The position numbers were made by a program, and so were the translations under genes. From Euglena gracilis (Eukaryota), in contig CP154954.1 of NCBI GenBank assembly GCA_039621445.1, positions 12,766,716 to 12,830,715 on the forward strand: a stretch of 64,000 nucleotides of DNA, written 5' to 3'. Shown one piece after another: positions 27,401 through 39,750 of this stretch. The stretch's first letter is position 1. Each line of letters starts with the position of its first letter. The notes beneath the pieces are model-generated. The model had not been told where the DNA came from. It searched no databases and was given only the letters and a program-made list of their open reading frames with translations.

Positions 27401-27563
27401 CCAGTGCCTCGGCGGGTGGGAGGCTCCTCCGGTGGTTATTGAACCCTCCCCCCCTCCCGCAGGGGCTGGGTTGCTGCTGCTGCCTTCGGCTGCGGCTGCT
27501 TTGGTTGGGGTGTGCGGGGATCGGAGGGGGGCCTGCCCGGTTTGCCCCTCTCTCTCCCATGGT

Positions 27564-27567
<4 letters not shown>
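21494..27567 (-). mobile_element. Penelope-like retroelement, older degenerate copy A' (unit 21511-27082 plus upstream pseudo-LTR 27083-27567)
   Basis: Frameshifted GIY-YIG (WIYALFHFPTGRLYVGQT), CxC (GCTCH...EGH), RT (ETADFTTMY; QIRGMPMGLPPAPQLANL; SRYIDDI), VPV domain and RIGEADHPGP. 21500-22012 is repeated directly at 27083-27567. Both ends abut (CT)n. Confidence 0.9.
24863..25273. mobile_element. MITE inserted into the RT region of PLE A'
   Basis: TIRs (c)n-tatgtccaa / ttggacata-(g)n with TA duplication (24861-2, 25274-5). Removing it restores sequence colinear with the RFIAGTRK segment of the other copies (e.g. near 49921). Confidence 0.9.
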
Positions 27568-27599
<32 letters not shown>

Positions 27600-27605
<6 letters not shown>

Positions 27606-29538
27606 CGTGGGTTTCCCTTTCCTTTCCCTTTCCCCCTCCCCCCTCCCTTGGCCTCCTGTCCCCCGGTGGCTGCCCGTCTGTCTGGCGCGCTGGGCTGCCC
27701 CTTCCCTTTCCCCCTCCCCCCTCCCTTGGCCTCCGGTCCTCCGGTGGCTGCCCGTCTGTCTGGCGCGCTGGGCTGCCCCTTCCCCCTCCCCCCTCCCTTG
27801 CCTGCTGGTGGGTGTGTGGCGGTCCCCGTGCGTGCGTGCGTGCTGGGGGGGCGGCGCTCCCCCCTTGGGCTCCGCATGCCTTTCACGCCATCCCCGGACC
27901 CCGCGCCAGGGCCCGGGGGCCCGGGGATGCCACCGCCGGCGAGCCCCCCACCCCCCAGGGCCCCGTCGGCGTGGTACGCCTCGTTCTGGTACCCGCATGA
28001 CGGGCACGGATGGCAGTCTCCGTGCCCGGCACGCGTGTTTCGGGGATCTCCGCGGCCGCGTCGTTCTTGGGCTCCGTCGCCTCGTCCACAGCCTCGTCCT
28101 CCGCGTCCTCCGCGTCCTCCTCGTTGCTGTGGTGGCGGCTGCCTGCTCGCTTGGCGGCTTGGGGGTTCAAACCCAATGGATCACTTCCGCCCCCGGCGTT
28201 GTTGCTGTGGCTGCAGGGGGGCCCAGGGGTTGTCGTCCCTTAGGTCCGGTCGTTGCTGCTGCTGCTGCGGGGGCGGATTCTGCCGCCATTGGTCGAGCTC
28301 TTGCTGCATTTCTTGCAGCGCTCGTTGGAGCCCTTGGAGGCGCTTTTGGAGGCGTTTTCTGCCGGTGCTTTGTGCTGTTTGCCAGCCCTCTCCTTGGGGT
28401 TGGCCCTGCCTGCTTCCTTGTGGGGTGACGTTTCCTTTGCCACCCTTGCCTCCTTTCCTGGGCTGTGTCTGTCCTTTTCCTGTTTGTTGTCCTCCTCGCT
28501 GGGCCCCCCCTTTTGGGTTGGGCTGTTGGTACCCTCTTTGGGGTGGTCCGGGGTTCTTTGCTTCCCCGATCCGTGTCCCTTTCTTCCAGTCGTGCTGGTC
28601 TTGGCTTCTGCTTCTGGGGCACGGTTCTTCTGCTCCTTTGTCCCGCTTGACGGCGTGTCGGGCCACGCCCTGCCAGTGATTGGCTGGTACCCCTGGAGAT
28701 CCGCCCCAGGTCGGTTGCGATTCTTAGGCTGGCGCCCCGCCTGCCATCCGGGGCAGAGGTCCTCTGCGCCGGGCAGGCCGTCATTGCCTGACATGCCTGT
28801 GATTTTTGTCTTCATGGTGCTGGTGGGTTCTGTTTTGTTGGGGTCCCGATTGACGTCGTGCCGGGACACGCCCTGCCGGTGATCGGCAGGTACCCCAGGA
28901 GAGCCGCCCCAGGCAGGTCGCGGGTGATTCTTTGGGCTCCCCGCTTGCCCCTCGGGGGGGTCCGCTGCCGACCCTTCCTCTTCTGGGCCTGGCTGCTTCG
29001 CCTCCCCGATGCGCTGGCCTTCCTGCCATTCGTGGCTGGTGGGTTCTCCACCTTCTTCTTCCGCTCCGGTGTGGGACCTCCGCCTCTCTTCTCGCGTGCC
29101 GCTGGCTTGGTCTTCTGCTTGGGTTGGTGGGCCTTCGTTCTCCATCGCCTTCCATCGGCGGATCTCGTCCCTCCGCTTGTCGGCAACGGCTGCCCACACT
29201 TGGTCTTGGAGGCTTTGGTCCCACCCCTGCCACATCTCGTGGCGGTCGCTTGCTTTGGACGTGGCCTTGAACCGCTCGTACTGCTCCCGCCACTCCGCCG
29301 GCCACTCGGCCAAGCGCGTGTACAGCCTTTTCTTGCGTTGGCTTGTTTGGGTTGCCTGCGAGGCGTCGTCCCCTTCGGTGGGTTGTGGAGTGGCCGCCTC
29401 CTCCACCACCACCGACACTGGGCGCTTGTTGCCCAGGAGTCGGTCTGTGGCCATGGGGTCGCTTCTTGCCGGTGCCTCCTCGGTGGTTGTGGTGCTTTGT
29501 GCTTCCTGCGTGGGGGTGGCGCTCGGTGGCGGTGTGGC
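27600..29538 (-). mobile_element. 3' part of divergent PLE family B (Trp-rich domain, two 2A-like motifs, coiled coil, Gly/Arg/Lys-rich tail)
   Basis: KKRLYTRLAEWPAEWREQYERFK...WDQSLQDQVWA aligns by eye with family A KKRKFTSLSEWPAEWRAKYEEWK...WDPDLQNQVWA. RIGEAKQPGP at 28984-29034 and RIGEAKNPGP at 28544-28594. Ends in (GA)n at 27565-27597. Confidence 0.75.
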
Positions 29539-32500
29539 GGGGGGGGGGGGAATCGGTCGGAGTGGTGAGGAGCGCTCACCGCGGGGCGCTGTCTGAGCCC
29601 TGAGAGTTCAAGAACTCCAGGATAAGCTCAGCGTCCCACCCCTCCTCCATCAGGTCGGTGGGCCTTGGGCCGCCCGTCCATGTTCAGCAGTCCTTGGGGG
29701 CCGCGGCGGCAGCCATGAGCTCATCAGAGTCTGTCGCTTGGGGGGCGGAGCGGAATCAGCCGTTGTGGATGGGGACCCCGTCCGAGGCCTCCGTCGGGAG
29801 CTGTCCGCTGGTGGGTCGGGAGCCTCGATGGTTGGTGGGTGTGTCGCTGGCCTGGCCGGTGGAGCTGTGCGTCGCCACTTCACGGGGGCCAGGTCCTCCG
29901 GGGCGCGTGTGCGTCCAGAGCTTGTCGATGACGAGGTGGTGTCCGTGAGGGAGCGGAGGTAGTTCTTCCACTGGGTGACGAACGTGTCATACCACTCCCG
30001 AGGAGAACCGTCCGCCGGGGCGCAGACCTTCACTGTCCAGCGCATGTGGTGCGTGGGGGGCAGGCCAGGTGCGAGCGGGGCATGCACATCCCGGCAGCGC
30101 AGCCACTGGGACAGCTCGTCATCCGCCGCCACCCTTCGCTGCAAGCGTCTGGTGAAGCCCATCAGCAGGGCTGACTCGCTGCCGCTAGCCGATGACGGGA
30201 ACGGGCGTCCATGGTCCACCTCCCACAAAAGCAGCAGAGCCATGCCGGACTCGCCCTCCTCTGGCCCCACTGGTCGCAGGTGAGGATGGGTCCGCAGCCA
30301 GGCTGCCAGGCGAGAATCCACGTCATCCGTGGAAGGGACGGAGGCGCGGGCGGGATGGGCGGCCTCCAATTGTACCTGCGCCCGATGCCAGCTGTCCGCG
30401 TCGGCTTGCACCCGCGGGGTCCGGTTGTAGAGGAAGGCTCCCATCCTCGAATTCTGTGCCAACGGTGGCTGCAGCACCGTCACGCCGGACTTCGCGAGGT
30501 TGGCGAGGGCGCGTCCTAGGCCTGCGGTTCGCTTGGTGACGTCGACGCCGGGGGTTTGCGTGTACAGTTCACCGGTAGTCCGCTCGAACAGGGCCAGCAG
30601 CTGGACAGCCGTGGAGCCGGAGGCGGCAGGGCACACGACGCAGTCCTCTTGGAGCAACCGCACCAACCGGTCCACCAACCACCGGCGTCGCAGCTCGCCC
30701 GAGGGGGGGCGTCGGAGGGGGTGGCTGGGGGTGCGGGTGCTGCCGCACGCCGGTGCACCTCCACGTCCCGTAGCTCGGCCACCGTGAGACGCCGCTCCGT
30801 TGGGAGATGGCAGGGCTGGGGCAGCGGTCCCGGGACGGGGGCTGGGGTCGGAGCGGGGGGGTGTGCCGAGCCCGTGGGGGTCACTGGGGAGGCGGCCATC
30901 AGCTCCCCGCGTCGACGTAGCAGCTCAGCTACACGTTCTGCTAAGGCGTGATGGAGACGGCCTTTGAAGCGCACTGCATCGAAGTCGGGCAGCAGGCAGT
31001 GTTGTGTCGCCGACGCTGGGATGAGGGCGGCCAACAGCGGCATGCGCATCGATGGCAACCAGTCGTCTGACGGGAGAGGCACGTCGATGGCGGAGGAACT
31101 GCAAGCTGCCAGCTAGGCCTCCTTCAGGAGTGGCATCCAGTCGGCGGAGCCGGTAGCTGGACAGCCTGCCAGCACATGGGCGTCGTCCTCCAGGGCAGCC
31201 CCACAGCACAGGCAGGACGGCGAGGTGATGTTGTCGATCCCATGCCGCGTCAGCCGGTCGCGGGTGGCGAGACAACCGCAGCGCACGCGGGCCGTCCGTT
31301 TCACCACTGCCGGAGGGACCCGATGTGCGAACGCCGTGACCGACATGATTGGCCGCTTGAACACGCCCACCGAGGCTGTCTGGTCAAACAGCACATCCGT
31401 GGGGAAGATGGGGTCCAGCCGAGGTCGCGGGCCGCGGGCACCCCACAGTCCCCTCACGCGACGCCACCAGGTTGCCGGGAAGGAGCGGGCCACCTCCATC
31501 ACCACGGAGCTGTCAGAGTCGATGAGCACCACCGCGTCGCCCAGGGGGCCACGAAGCAGCACGTCTGCCGATGAGGGCCAGGGCGAGAGGCCAGGCTCCT
31601 GTGCCGCACGCTTCGCCAGGCCATCCACCACATCATTGCCAACCGCTTTTTGCCGTCCGGCGCGCACCCCCTCCTCGTCGTGGGCCAACACCTTTTCGAG
31701 CGTTAGCGGGCACAGGCACGCCGCCGCCGCCATCAGAGCTTTGCGTACCTCCACACGATCTGGGCAGCGCAACTGTCGCGATGCGCTCCAGCTGCCCCAG
31801 CGGCGCAGCAGGTGTAGCGAGCACAACGAGTCTGTGAGCACCCGGGCTGGCTGCATCTCCAGGGCGAGCGTGAGGGCGATCAGTTCGCAGTGCGTACTGC
31901 TGCGCGCCGCCGGCACTGCCCGCAACACCGACTCCTCCGTGAGGGGTAGCCACACTGCAGCGACGCCACCAGCCGAGGACAGGGAGCCGTCTGTGAACGC
32001 CGTGCGGCCCTCCACTGAGCCGTCGATTGGGGACATCACCACGTCCGCGAGGAGGCAGGGCTCCGCGCCGAGGGCGGGCCAGTAGCGGGCTCGCGAGCAG
32101 GCGGTGTTCCGGACCACTTTCTAGCCGATGACGGCCAGAGCGGAGCGCAGCGCCAGCGATGGCTCTGACCAGAGCTGACCAGGGCAGGCCACAGCTCGGT
32201 GCACGACGCCCTCTGTGCCGGGGGAGTTGGCGAGACGATGCAGCCAGCGCAGCTGCAGGAAGCGCATGTGCTCCACGGGGTGGAGCGTGGCCGAGTCCCC
32301 CAGCGGCCACGACAAGGCGACCTACGGTGCTGTCCACGCATTGAGCTCCAGCGGCGGTTTGCTGCACACAGCACGCTTGCCCGCGGACACGAGAGCCTTC
32401 AGCAGGGATGGCGGTAGGTGGCGGAGCTCACAGCCGTAGAGCGCCTGCGGCAGCACGGTGCAGCGCCACAGCACGGCGGAGAGGGAGGCCGGGAGCGGCA

Positions 32501-32780
32501 GCCCGCGGAGACGCTGCGCTGTCGCCAAGGCCTTGTCCAGCCAGGGGCGCCAGTGCGCCGCTGCCACCGCACGTTCCGGTAGACCGATCTCGATGCCGAC
32601 GAAGCGGAAGCTGGCGGAGGTCAGGACTGTTGAGGCGCCTGCTGAGACCGCCCGGCCCGGGCCCAAGGAGGACCAGGCCTGCACCTTCATCACCAGCACA
32701 CCCAGCAGGTCGCACCAGCGCAGGTATGCCGCGATCAGCTTCTCCAGCGCAGGTCGCGAGGGAGCGATGAGGACGAGAGC
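29539..32780 (-). mobile_element. Non-LTR retrotransposon (LINE), 3' half: RT end, RNase H, Cys/His finger, 3' UTR, C12 tail; decayed
   Basis: Post-YADD RT (LVLIAP...FRFVGIEI...LYGCEL). RNase H residues AFTDGS / HCELIAL / LTDS / KVLAH / GNDVVDGLAK. CLCCGAALEDDAHVLAGC finger. Final stop at 29650-29652; internal stops and frameshifts. Confidence 0.88.
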
Positions 32781-32906
32781 CCTGTGCCCGCAGCAGCAGC
32801 AGCAAACAGCACGCCGGCTCCACCAACACCAACCACAAGTGCCACACCGCCACCGAGGTTTGGAAGCCGCGTTAGCGGCTTGGTTCGATCGGAGCCCCTC
32901 CTCCTG

Positions 32907-35267
32907 ATGTTGACCGAATTGGACTCCACCGACACGCTCCGACTGCTGGGTACCCCTGTCCCTGCCTCGTTCGAGCCCAACACCTGCGTTGTGCTGCCAC
33001 CCACTGCGATGGCCTGGGCCCTCAGCCACAAGGCCCGCAACCGGGTGCAGCACGCGTTCAACGGCAACCCACCCCCGACGCAACGCCCCCGCCTCCTCGA
33101 CCGGCAGCAGCTGCAGAAGCTGCAGGAGGCGGGCAAGCTGCGTGCGGCTGGCTGGACGCTTCCCGCCGCCGTCGACAAGCTGCCGGTGCGGGTGTACGAC
33201 ACTCGCATCCCGAAGGAGTGGCTGCAGCAGCTGGCAGCCGACCTCCGACGCCTGGACGAGTCCGACCAGGCTTGGGTGGTGGGAGGCGATTTCGCCTCGG
33301 GAGCCGATCTGACCGATGCAGACGTCGCGGCGTGCCCCGACTCGAAGCGATGGTCCGACGAGCCCCGCCATCTGGTGATACCGCCGCGACCTCACCTGCG
33401 GGAGCTGGTCTTGGCCCTGCGGCGGCGCGCCGAGGTGGAACACCCAGCGTCGCTGATCTCCTTGGCGGTCCTCGTTGATCGCCACTGGTGCCCTGCCGAC
33501 TTGGACGTGGCCGCCTTGCGTCCCCAGCTTGGAGAGGCTGCCGCCCTGTTCGATGACCCCCGCTTGCAGGTGGAGGTGGTGGCCTTGGCTGAGCGTGCGC
33601 CGGTGCTGCGCATCCCCGCCACGGTGAAGTGCTTGCCGCCTGAGGAATGGGAGCCGGGGTTCCTGCCCCGCAGTCAAGTCCTGCTCTTCCTCAACCTGCG
33701 GCGCCCCACGGCTGGAGTGGAGGTGGCCAACCGCTGGGTGCGGGGTGCTCTCCCCGACCCGGAGCCGAGCGGCTTGGAGCTGCTGCGGGTGGAGTTCCAG
33801 CTGCCCCCGACAGTGCGGCAACGGAATGCGGAGCATGAGCTGCGGCGCGCGCTGGGCAAGGTGGCTGGCGCGGTGGGTGTGGTGTTCGGGGCGGCCCATC
33901 GCGTGCAGGGTCTGCAGACCCTTCACAGTGGCGAAGTCCTCGCCATCCTCGTCGTGCCGCGGGCGGAAGCGCTGCAGTGGATGCGCGGCAGTGGCAGTGG
34001 CGGCCTGTTCATTCGGCCGTTCTGGACGAAGGAGACGGCGCCGGCCTTGCAGCGGGAGCAGTTCAACCTGCTGTACCTGCGAGGCCGGAGGGCAGATGCC
34101 GCAGCGCTGTGGGACGCCCTTCACGACGTGCCGGGCGTCGTCGGTCTTCTCCCTGCGGAGAAGGACCTCGCGGTGCGGATCAGCATGCGGGGTGGCGCAG
34201 GCCCTGCGGTCATCCAGGGGAAGGTCCGCGCGGTGCTGGACGACCCGAATGCGGCCCTGCGGCAGCCCACGCCTGGGGCGTCGTGGTGGAGGCTGGGCCC
34301 CCTGACAGACGCCGACGTCTTCCGAGTGCGGGAGCTCATCGCGATGGTGGGCTTGGACCCTCTCCGGGGTGAAGTGCGTCTCGGTGCCGCGGGGCCATTC
34401 CGCCGGGTGGCCTTCTTCCAAGCGGCTGGGCAGCCAACGCGGACCTCCCTGGACGATGGTGGCTGGGGGCAGCGGTCCTGCAGTGCGCAGCTGTCTCCGG
34501 CCAGTCCTCCGCAACGACGCCCGCCGACTGCACGTACTCCGTCAACTTCCCGGCCAGCTCCCTCGCAGAGCTCTGCGGCGCCTGGCCTGCCATCCTCGTC
34601 GACCTGAGGTGGTGCGCGGAAGATTTCCGCTCCGCGGCAGGCTTCCACCACCGACCTTCGACAGCCACCACCGTCACAGCCGCCGCGGGCGCCACGGCCG
34701 CCAGATCCTGGCCAATCTCCGGCGTCTCTACTGCCAGCACCAGGTTCTCGTGCTGCTCGCCGTGCGGCCAAGAAGGCGTCAATCACCGAGATTGTTCCCT
34801 TTGTGGCTCCGGCTTCCCCCTCGTCATCCCCCTTGGATGCTGTGCTGGCGGAGATGCGGGCTCTGCGCCAGGCCATGGAGCGGCAGCAGTGGCAGCTGGA
34901 GGAGCTGCGTCGTGAGAACGCCGACCTGCAGACGCAGCTTGCGGCGACGCGATGGGGGCATGCGGCCGGGCACGCCAAGCATTTCCAGCATCAGCCGTAC
35001 GCGCCTTCGTCTCAAGTGGGTGCTCCTGTACCGCGTCTGGGAGGTGCTGAGCTGTTCAGTCAGGACGAGCGGAGGGCAGACGAGCTGGCGGCTGCTCCAA
35101 CGACCCCCCGAGCTCCTGCAGCGGCCTCTGGTGGTGCCCAGCCGATGGACGGCCCGGAGGAGGACAGCCGAGGTCGCACACGAGATGCGGGCGAGCTCAC
35201 CCCAGAGAAGCCGGCGCTGAAGAAGAAAGCGCGCGCTGCCTCGGAGGGGGCGCGGCGCGATGCCTGA
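32907..35267 (+). pseudogene. LINE ORF1 (~785 codons, one internal TGA at 34605-34607)
   Basis: ORFs 32784..34607 and 34803..35267 are in the same frame with only that TGA between them. C-terminal coiled coil (LAEMRALRQAMERQQWQLEELRRENADLQTQL). Lies directly upstream of the APE ORF. Confidence 0.7.
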
Positions 35268-37357
35268 CCCGGCAGCGCGGGGGGCCTCGAGCCCCCCTGG
35301 TGGTGTCCCTCCTCGTGTCCTGCGAGTAGGGACCTGGAACCTCACCGGCTGGTCGGCAGAGCGAGCAACAGTGATCACATGCGCAGTGCCGGTGGACGTC
35401 CTGGCCATCCAAGAGACCCACCTGTCCATGCTGGCTGTGGAGAAGGCCCACACCACGGCACGCAATGCTGGGCTCCACCTCCATCATGGTCGGCCAGCCC
35501 AACGGTACCGCTCGGAGGATCGGGCTCGCGCCTGCGGTGTGGGCTTCATCACTCGGGAGGGCATCGTGGTGGTGCCAGCGCTGCCACGCAACCCTGCTTG
35601 GGGCCGCTTGCATGCGATGCGGAGGCTGGCTGGGATCGCACTGGCTCCTCGCCGTGGTCTTCCACATGGTGTGCTGTTCATCTCGGTGTACGCGCCGCTG
35701 CTGGCACAATGGAGCGGGCACCATTCAACCAGGCTATACTGGAACTGGTGCACTCCCTCGACATGCAGATCCCCACGCTCCTGCTGGGGGATTTCAACGG
35801 CTCCGTCAACCCCGCTCGCGATTACCGCAGTGAGTCCGGGCCCGCCGCCCCATCTGCCCCCCGCTGGCCCAGCTCCTCGGCCCTGGCTGCCCGTGGGTGG
35901 ACGTCCACGAGTCCATGCTGCCGCCGCCTCTCCCGTGGACTTTCCGACAGTCCGGCACCCCCGCAGCATCACGAATCGACTTGGTCCTCGCCAACGCCGC
36001 CGCCCTGCGCCTGGTCCGGTCCGCCTCAGTGCTCGACTCGGTGCAAGATGGCGGACACTCACCAGTGCTCGTCACCCTCGCCCTCGATATCGCCCACATC
36101 GACTGGCATTCCCCACGTCCCCGGCCACCGCCTCTCCTCTTCGAGCCCTCCGCCTCCCTCACCGAGTCACCAGTGTGGGCGGGCATCGTCGAGGAGTGGC
36201 TGGCTTCCGCCGCGGTGAAGGCCTTGGCCCCTCTCCCTGGGGAGACCCTGGACTCCCTGGCTACCGCGCTGCGCACAGCCCTACACCACGCGGTCGTCCT
36301 GGCGGGTGGCTGGGCAACACGCCCCAAGAAGCGGCGGCTGGCCTACGACTCCAACACCATACGACACCATCGAGCGCTGCTGGGCGACCTGCTCCGTGTC
36401 GCGGCCGAGTGCTCGCGCAAAGCAGGAGGACCTGGACCTTGGCCCTATCACCTGCTGCAGTGGCTGAACGACCTGGCTCACCGTGGCGAAGCACTGCCGT
36501 GCTCGGGCACCCTCGCCGACCTCGCCTCCGCCGCCGGTGCTGCCGCTGACAAACACCGCCGCACCCTGCAGGAGCTGATACAGGCACACCGCTCTGAGCG
36601 CTGCCGCCGCTTCCGCGCAGCACTCCCCCGCCTGTGGAAAGAGGACATCGGCGTGATCCAGCGATGGTTGCGGGCAGAGAGCCTTCCGTGGGGCTCGAGG
36701 CCGGAGCTGGATGCCTCGGGGCAGCAGTGCATGACGCTTACCGAGGTGGATTCGGCTGTCCGCCTCTTCTGGGTGGACGGGGTGCTGCGGCAACATGAGG
36801 CTGTGGACGCCGATGCACGCTGGCAGGCGTTCCTCGACTCCCCCTTCGGCGACCACATCCCCTCCGCGGTCTGGCCGTCAGCACAATGGACAGCCGGTCG
36901 GGTGCGGACCGCGCTGCGCGCCATGCGGGAGGCCGCCTCACCAGGCACAACGGGCGTCCCCATCGCGGTGTGGTGATCATTGCCTTCCCCATGGCCCGAG
37001 GCGATTGCGCGCCTGCTGGCACTCGTCGAGCAGGAGGGGTGGTGGCCAGCCAAGCCACTTGGCTAGAAGCCCACGTGGCCATGATCCCGAAGAACTCTGG
37101 CGGTACGGGGCCACAAGACCAACGTCCCATCACCGTCTTGGAGGTGCTGTACCGGATCTGGGCGAAGGGGACAGTGCAGCTGTGGACGCCTACCCTGCAA
37201 CAGTGCATCCTGTCCGATGCAGCCTTCGGGTTCCGGGCGAACCGCGGGACACCCCACGCCGCACAGGTGGGTTCGACCTGATCCACCTGCAGCGTAAGCG
37301 GCGGGCAGGGCTGTGGCTGGCGTCTTTCGACCGGACGAAATGCTTCGACTCGCTGCC
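35260..37357 (+). pseudogene. LINE ORF2 N-terminal part: apurinic-like endonuclease and start of RT, frameshifted
   Basis: VGTWNLTG, DVLAIQETH, GVGF, ISVYAP, LLGDFN, WTF...SRIDLVL, GHSPV. RT motifs SPG..GVP, MIPK, RPITVLEVLYRIWAK, FGFR. Confidence 0.88.
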
Positions 37358-39237
37358 AGCCGCAGGGCGGCTCCTCGCAACCAGCCAGCAGCTACCGCCC
37401 GATGGCACCGCCGCTGATACCGTACCCCCTCCCACCGAGCGGCAGGGGTGGGGTGGGGCCAACCAGGACCGGACGACCAGGACAGAGGGGGGCAGGGCAG
37501 AAAGGCAACATACCGCCGAGAAGGCCGTGGTCTTCACCGGTGTACCCCACGCGGGGGGCTGCCAGCTCGTCGTCGACTTGGGCCGAAAATGCTGTGCGAT
37601 GGGGCTGTCCGCCTTAAGAGTCGCTGCCACTGCACGCCCCTCTCGCACAGGAACGTGCAGTGGGGGGCGCACTCTCCCCACGAGCACAGCCACCTCACGT
37701 CCCTGTCGCCAAAACACGGTGCACAGCGAGCACACAGGAGCGGGAGGTGGCCGGTGCTCCCCCCACACCCACCACACAGACATCAGCGGCGACGCCAACC
37801 AGCCAGCAGCCGCCAACAAACACAGTGCAACAGCCGCTGCAAGTGGTCCTGGTGCCCCAACCGTACCCGGTGCCGGTGCCGGTGCCCACCCCATGTCCCG
37901 TGCCGGTGTACGTCGAGCGCGTGGTGCCGGTACAGATCCCAGTGCCGTACCACGTACCCGTTCCGTGGGGCTCGAGGCCGGAGCTGGATGCCTCGGGGCA
38001 GCAGTGCATGACGCTTACCGAGGTGGATTCGGCTGTCCGCCTCTTCTGGGTGGACGGGGTGCTGCGGCAACATGAGGCTGTGGACGCCGATGCACGCTGG
38101 CAGGCGTTCCTCGACTCCCCCTTCGGCGACCACATCCCCTCCGCGGTCTGGCCGTCAGCACAATGGACAGCCGGTCGGGTGCGGACCGCGCTGCGCGCCA
38201 TGCGGGAGGCCGCCTCACCAGGCACAACGGGCGTCCCCATCGCGGTGTGGTGATCATTGCCTTCCCCATGGCCCGAGGCGATTGCGCGCCTGCTGGCACT
38301 CGTCGAGCAGGAGGGGCGGTGGCCAGCCAAGCCACTTGGCTAGAAGCCCACGTGGCCATGATCCCGAAGAACTCTGGCGGTACGGGGCCACAAGACCAAC
38401 GTCCCATCACCGTCTTGGAGGTGCTGTACCGGATCTGGGCGAAGGGGACAGTGCAGCTGTGGACGCCTACCCTGCAACAGTGCATCCTGTCCGATGCAGC
38501 CTTCGGGTTCCGGGCGAACCGCGGGACACCCCACGCCGCACAGGTGGGTTCGACCTGATCCACCTGCAGCGTAAGCGGCGGGCAGGGCTGTGGCTGGCGT
38601 CTTTCGACCGGACGAAATGCTTCGACTCGCTGCCAGCCGCAGGGCGGCTCCTCGCAACCAGCCAGCAGCTACCGCCCGATGGCACCGCCGCTGATACCGT
38701 ACCCCCTCCCACCGAGCGGCAGGGGTGGGGTGGGGCCAACCAGGACCGGACGACCAGGACAGAGGGGGGCAGGGCAGAAAGGCAACATACCGCCGAGAAG
38801 GCCGTGGTCTTCACCGGTGTACCCCACGCGGGGGGCTGCCAGCTCGTCGTCGACTTGGGCCGAAAATGCTGTGCGATGGGGCTGTCCGCCTTAAGAGTCG
38901 CTGCCACTGCACGCCCCTCTCGCACAGGAACGTGCAGTGGGGGGCGCACTCTCCCCACGAGCACAGCCACCTCACGTCCCTGTCGCCAAAACACGGTGCA
39001 CAGCGAGCACACAGGAGCGGGAGGTGGCCGGTGCTCCCCCCACACCCACCACACAGACATCAGCGGCGACGCCAACCAGCCAGCAGCCGCCAACAAACAC
39101 AGTGCAACAGCCGCTGCAAGTGGTCCTGGTGCCCCAACCGTACCCGGTGCCGGTGCCGGTGCCCACCCCATGTCCCGTGCCGGTGTACGTCGAGCGCGTG
39201 GTGCCGGTACAGATCCCAGTGCCGTACCACGTACCCG
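36684..39237. repeat. Near-perfect 1,277-bp tandem duplication (36684-37960 / 37961-39237)
   Basis: Constant offset of 1277 between paired ORFs (36795/38072, 36886/38163, 37402/38679); one substitution noticed. Confidence 0.95.
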
Positions 39238-39750
39238 TGCCGGTGGTCGTGGAGCGCGCAGTCCCCACACCGTACCCGGTGCCGGTGCACGTGGAGCGCC
39301 TGGTGCCAGTGGAACGCCCACTCCAGCTGCCGTGGCTGGACACCGGGGCAGTGACCGCGCTGCTCCGGGGGGCGAGCGCACAGCTGCCAATGCCAGTCCA
39401 ACGCCTGATCCAAGCGGTCAGCAGCACCACTGGGCCGACAAGGGCGCGGTGGCAGCGGGAGATGGGGCGACTACAACCCTACCCGGCGGAAGGAGCAGTG
39501 GACCCCCAACGGGCACTGCTCATCGAAATGGTGCGATGGATCTGGCAGCAGCAACAGCAGCAGCAAGAGAGCCGCCACCTCACCCATCGCGCCACGCTGG
39601 CGATCGAAGACGCACCCACCGCCGCCACACCCACATCGCCCGCAGCAGGCACCACCCCGGCAGGAGCAGCACCACCGCCAAGCAGCAACCTACCACCACC
39701 CACAACGGAAGGCAGCACCCAGCACCACCGCCACGCCAGCAGTACCACCA
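37353..39750 (+). mobile_element. Inverted internal segment of PLE family B carrying articulin-like repeats (partly duplicated, with a LINE piece in between)
   Basis: VVLVPQPYPVPVPVPTPCPVPVYVERVVPVQIPVPYHVPVPVVVERAVPTPYPVPVHVERLVPVER (~39118-39318). Its start rejoins the family-B RT tail in frame via ctgcc microhomology. Confidence 0.7.

Larger units (their letters stand above)
32858..37357 (+). mobile_element. Same LINE, 5' half (5' UTR, ORF1, APE endonuclease, RT N-terminal part)
   Basis: Starts immediately after TSD gccacaccgccaccgag (32841-32857), whose reverse complement lies at 29522-29538. Breaks off at the RT motif FDRTKCFDSLP. Confidence 0.88.

Noticed and set aside
28645-28915. Apparent covarying hairpin (gccR-atcac-Yggc) as a ribozyme
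   Set aside because: The changes are synonymous third positions of P-I-T-G, so a peptide repeat explains them; no catalytic core recognised.
32881-32892. Pol III B-box or tRNA head (ggttcgatc) at the LINE 5' end
   Set aside because: Imperfect match, no A-box spacing or cloverleaf.
29539-37357. Twin-priming 5' inversion of the LINE
   Set aside because: The TSD and flanking PLE sequence are inside the inverted block (32782-32857), so the inversion happened after LINE integration.
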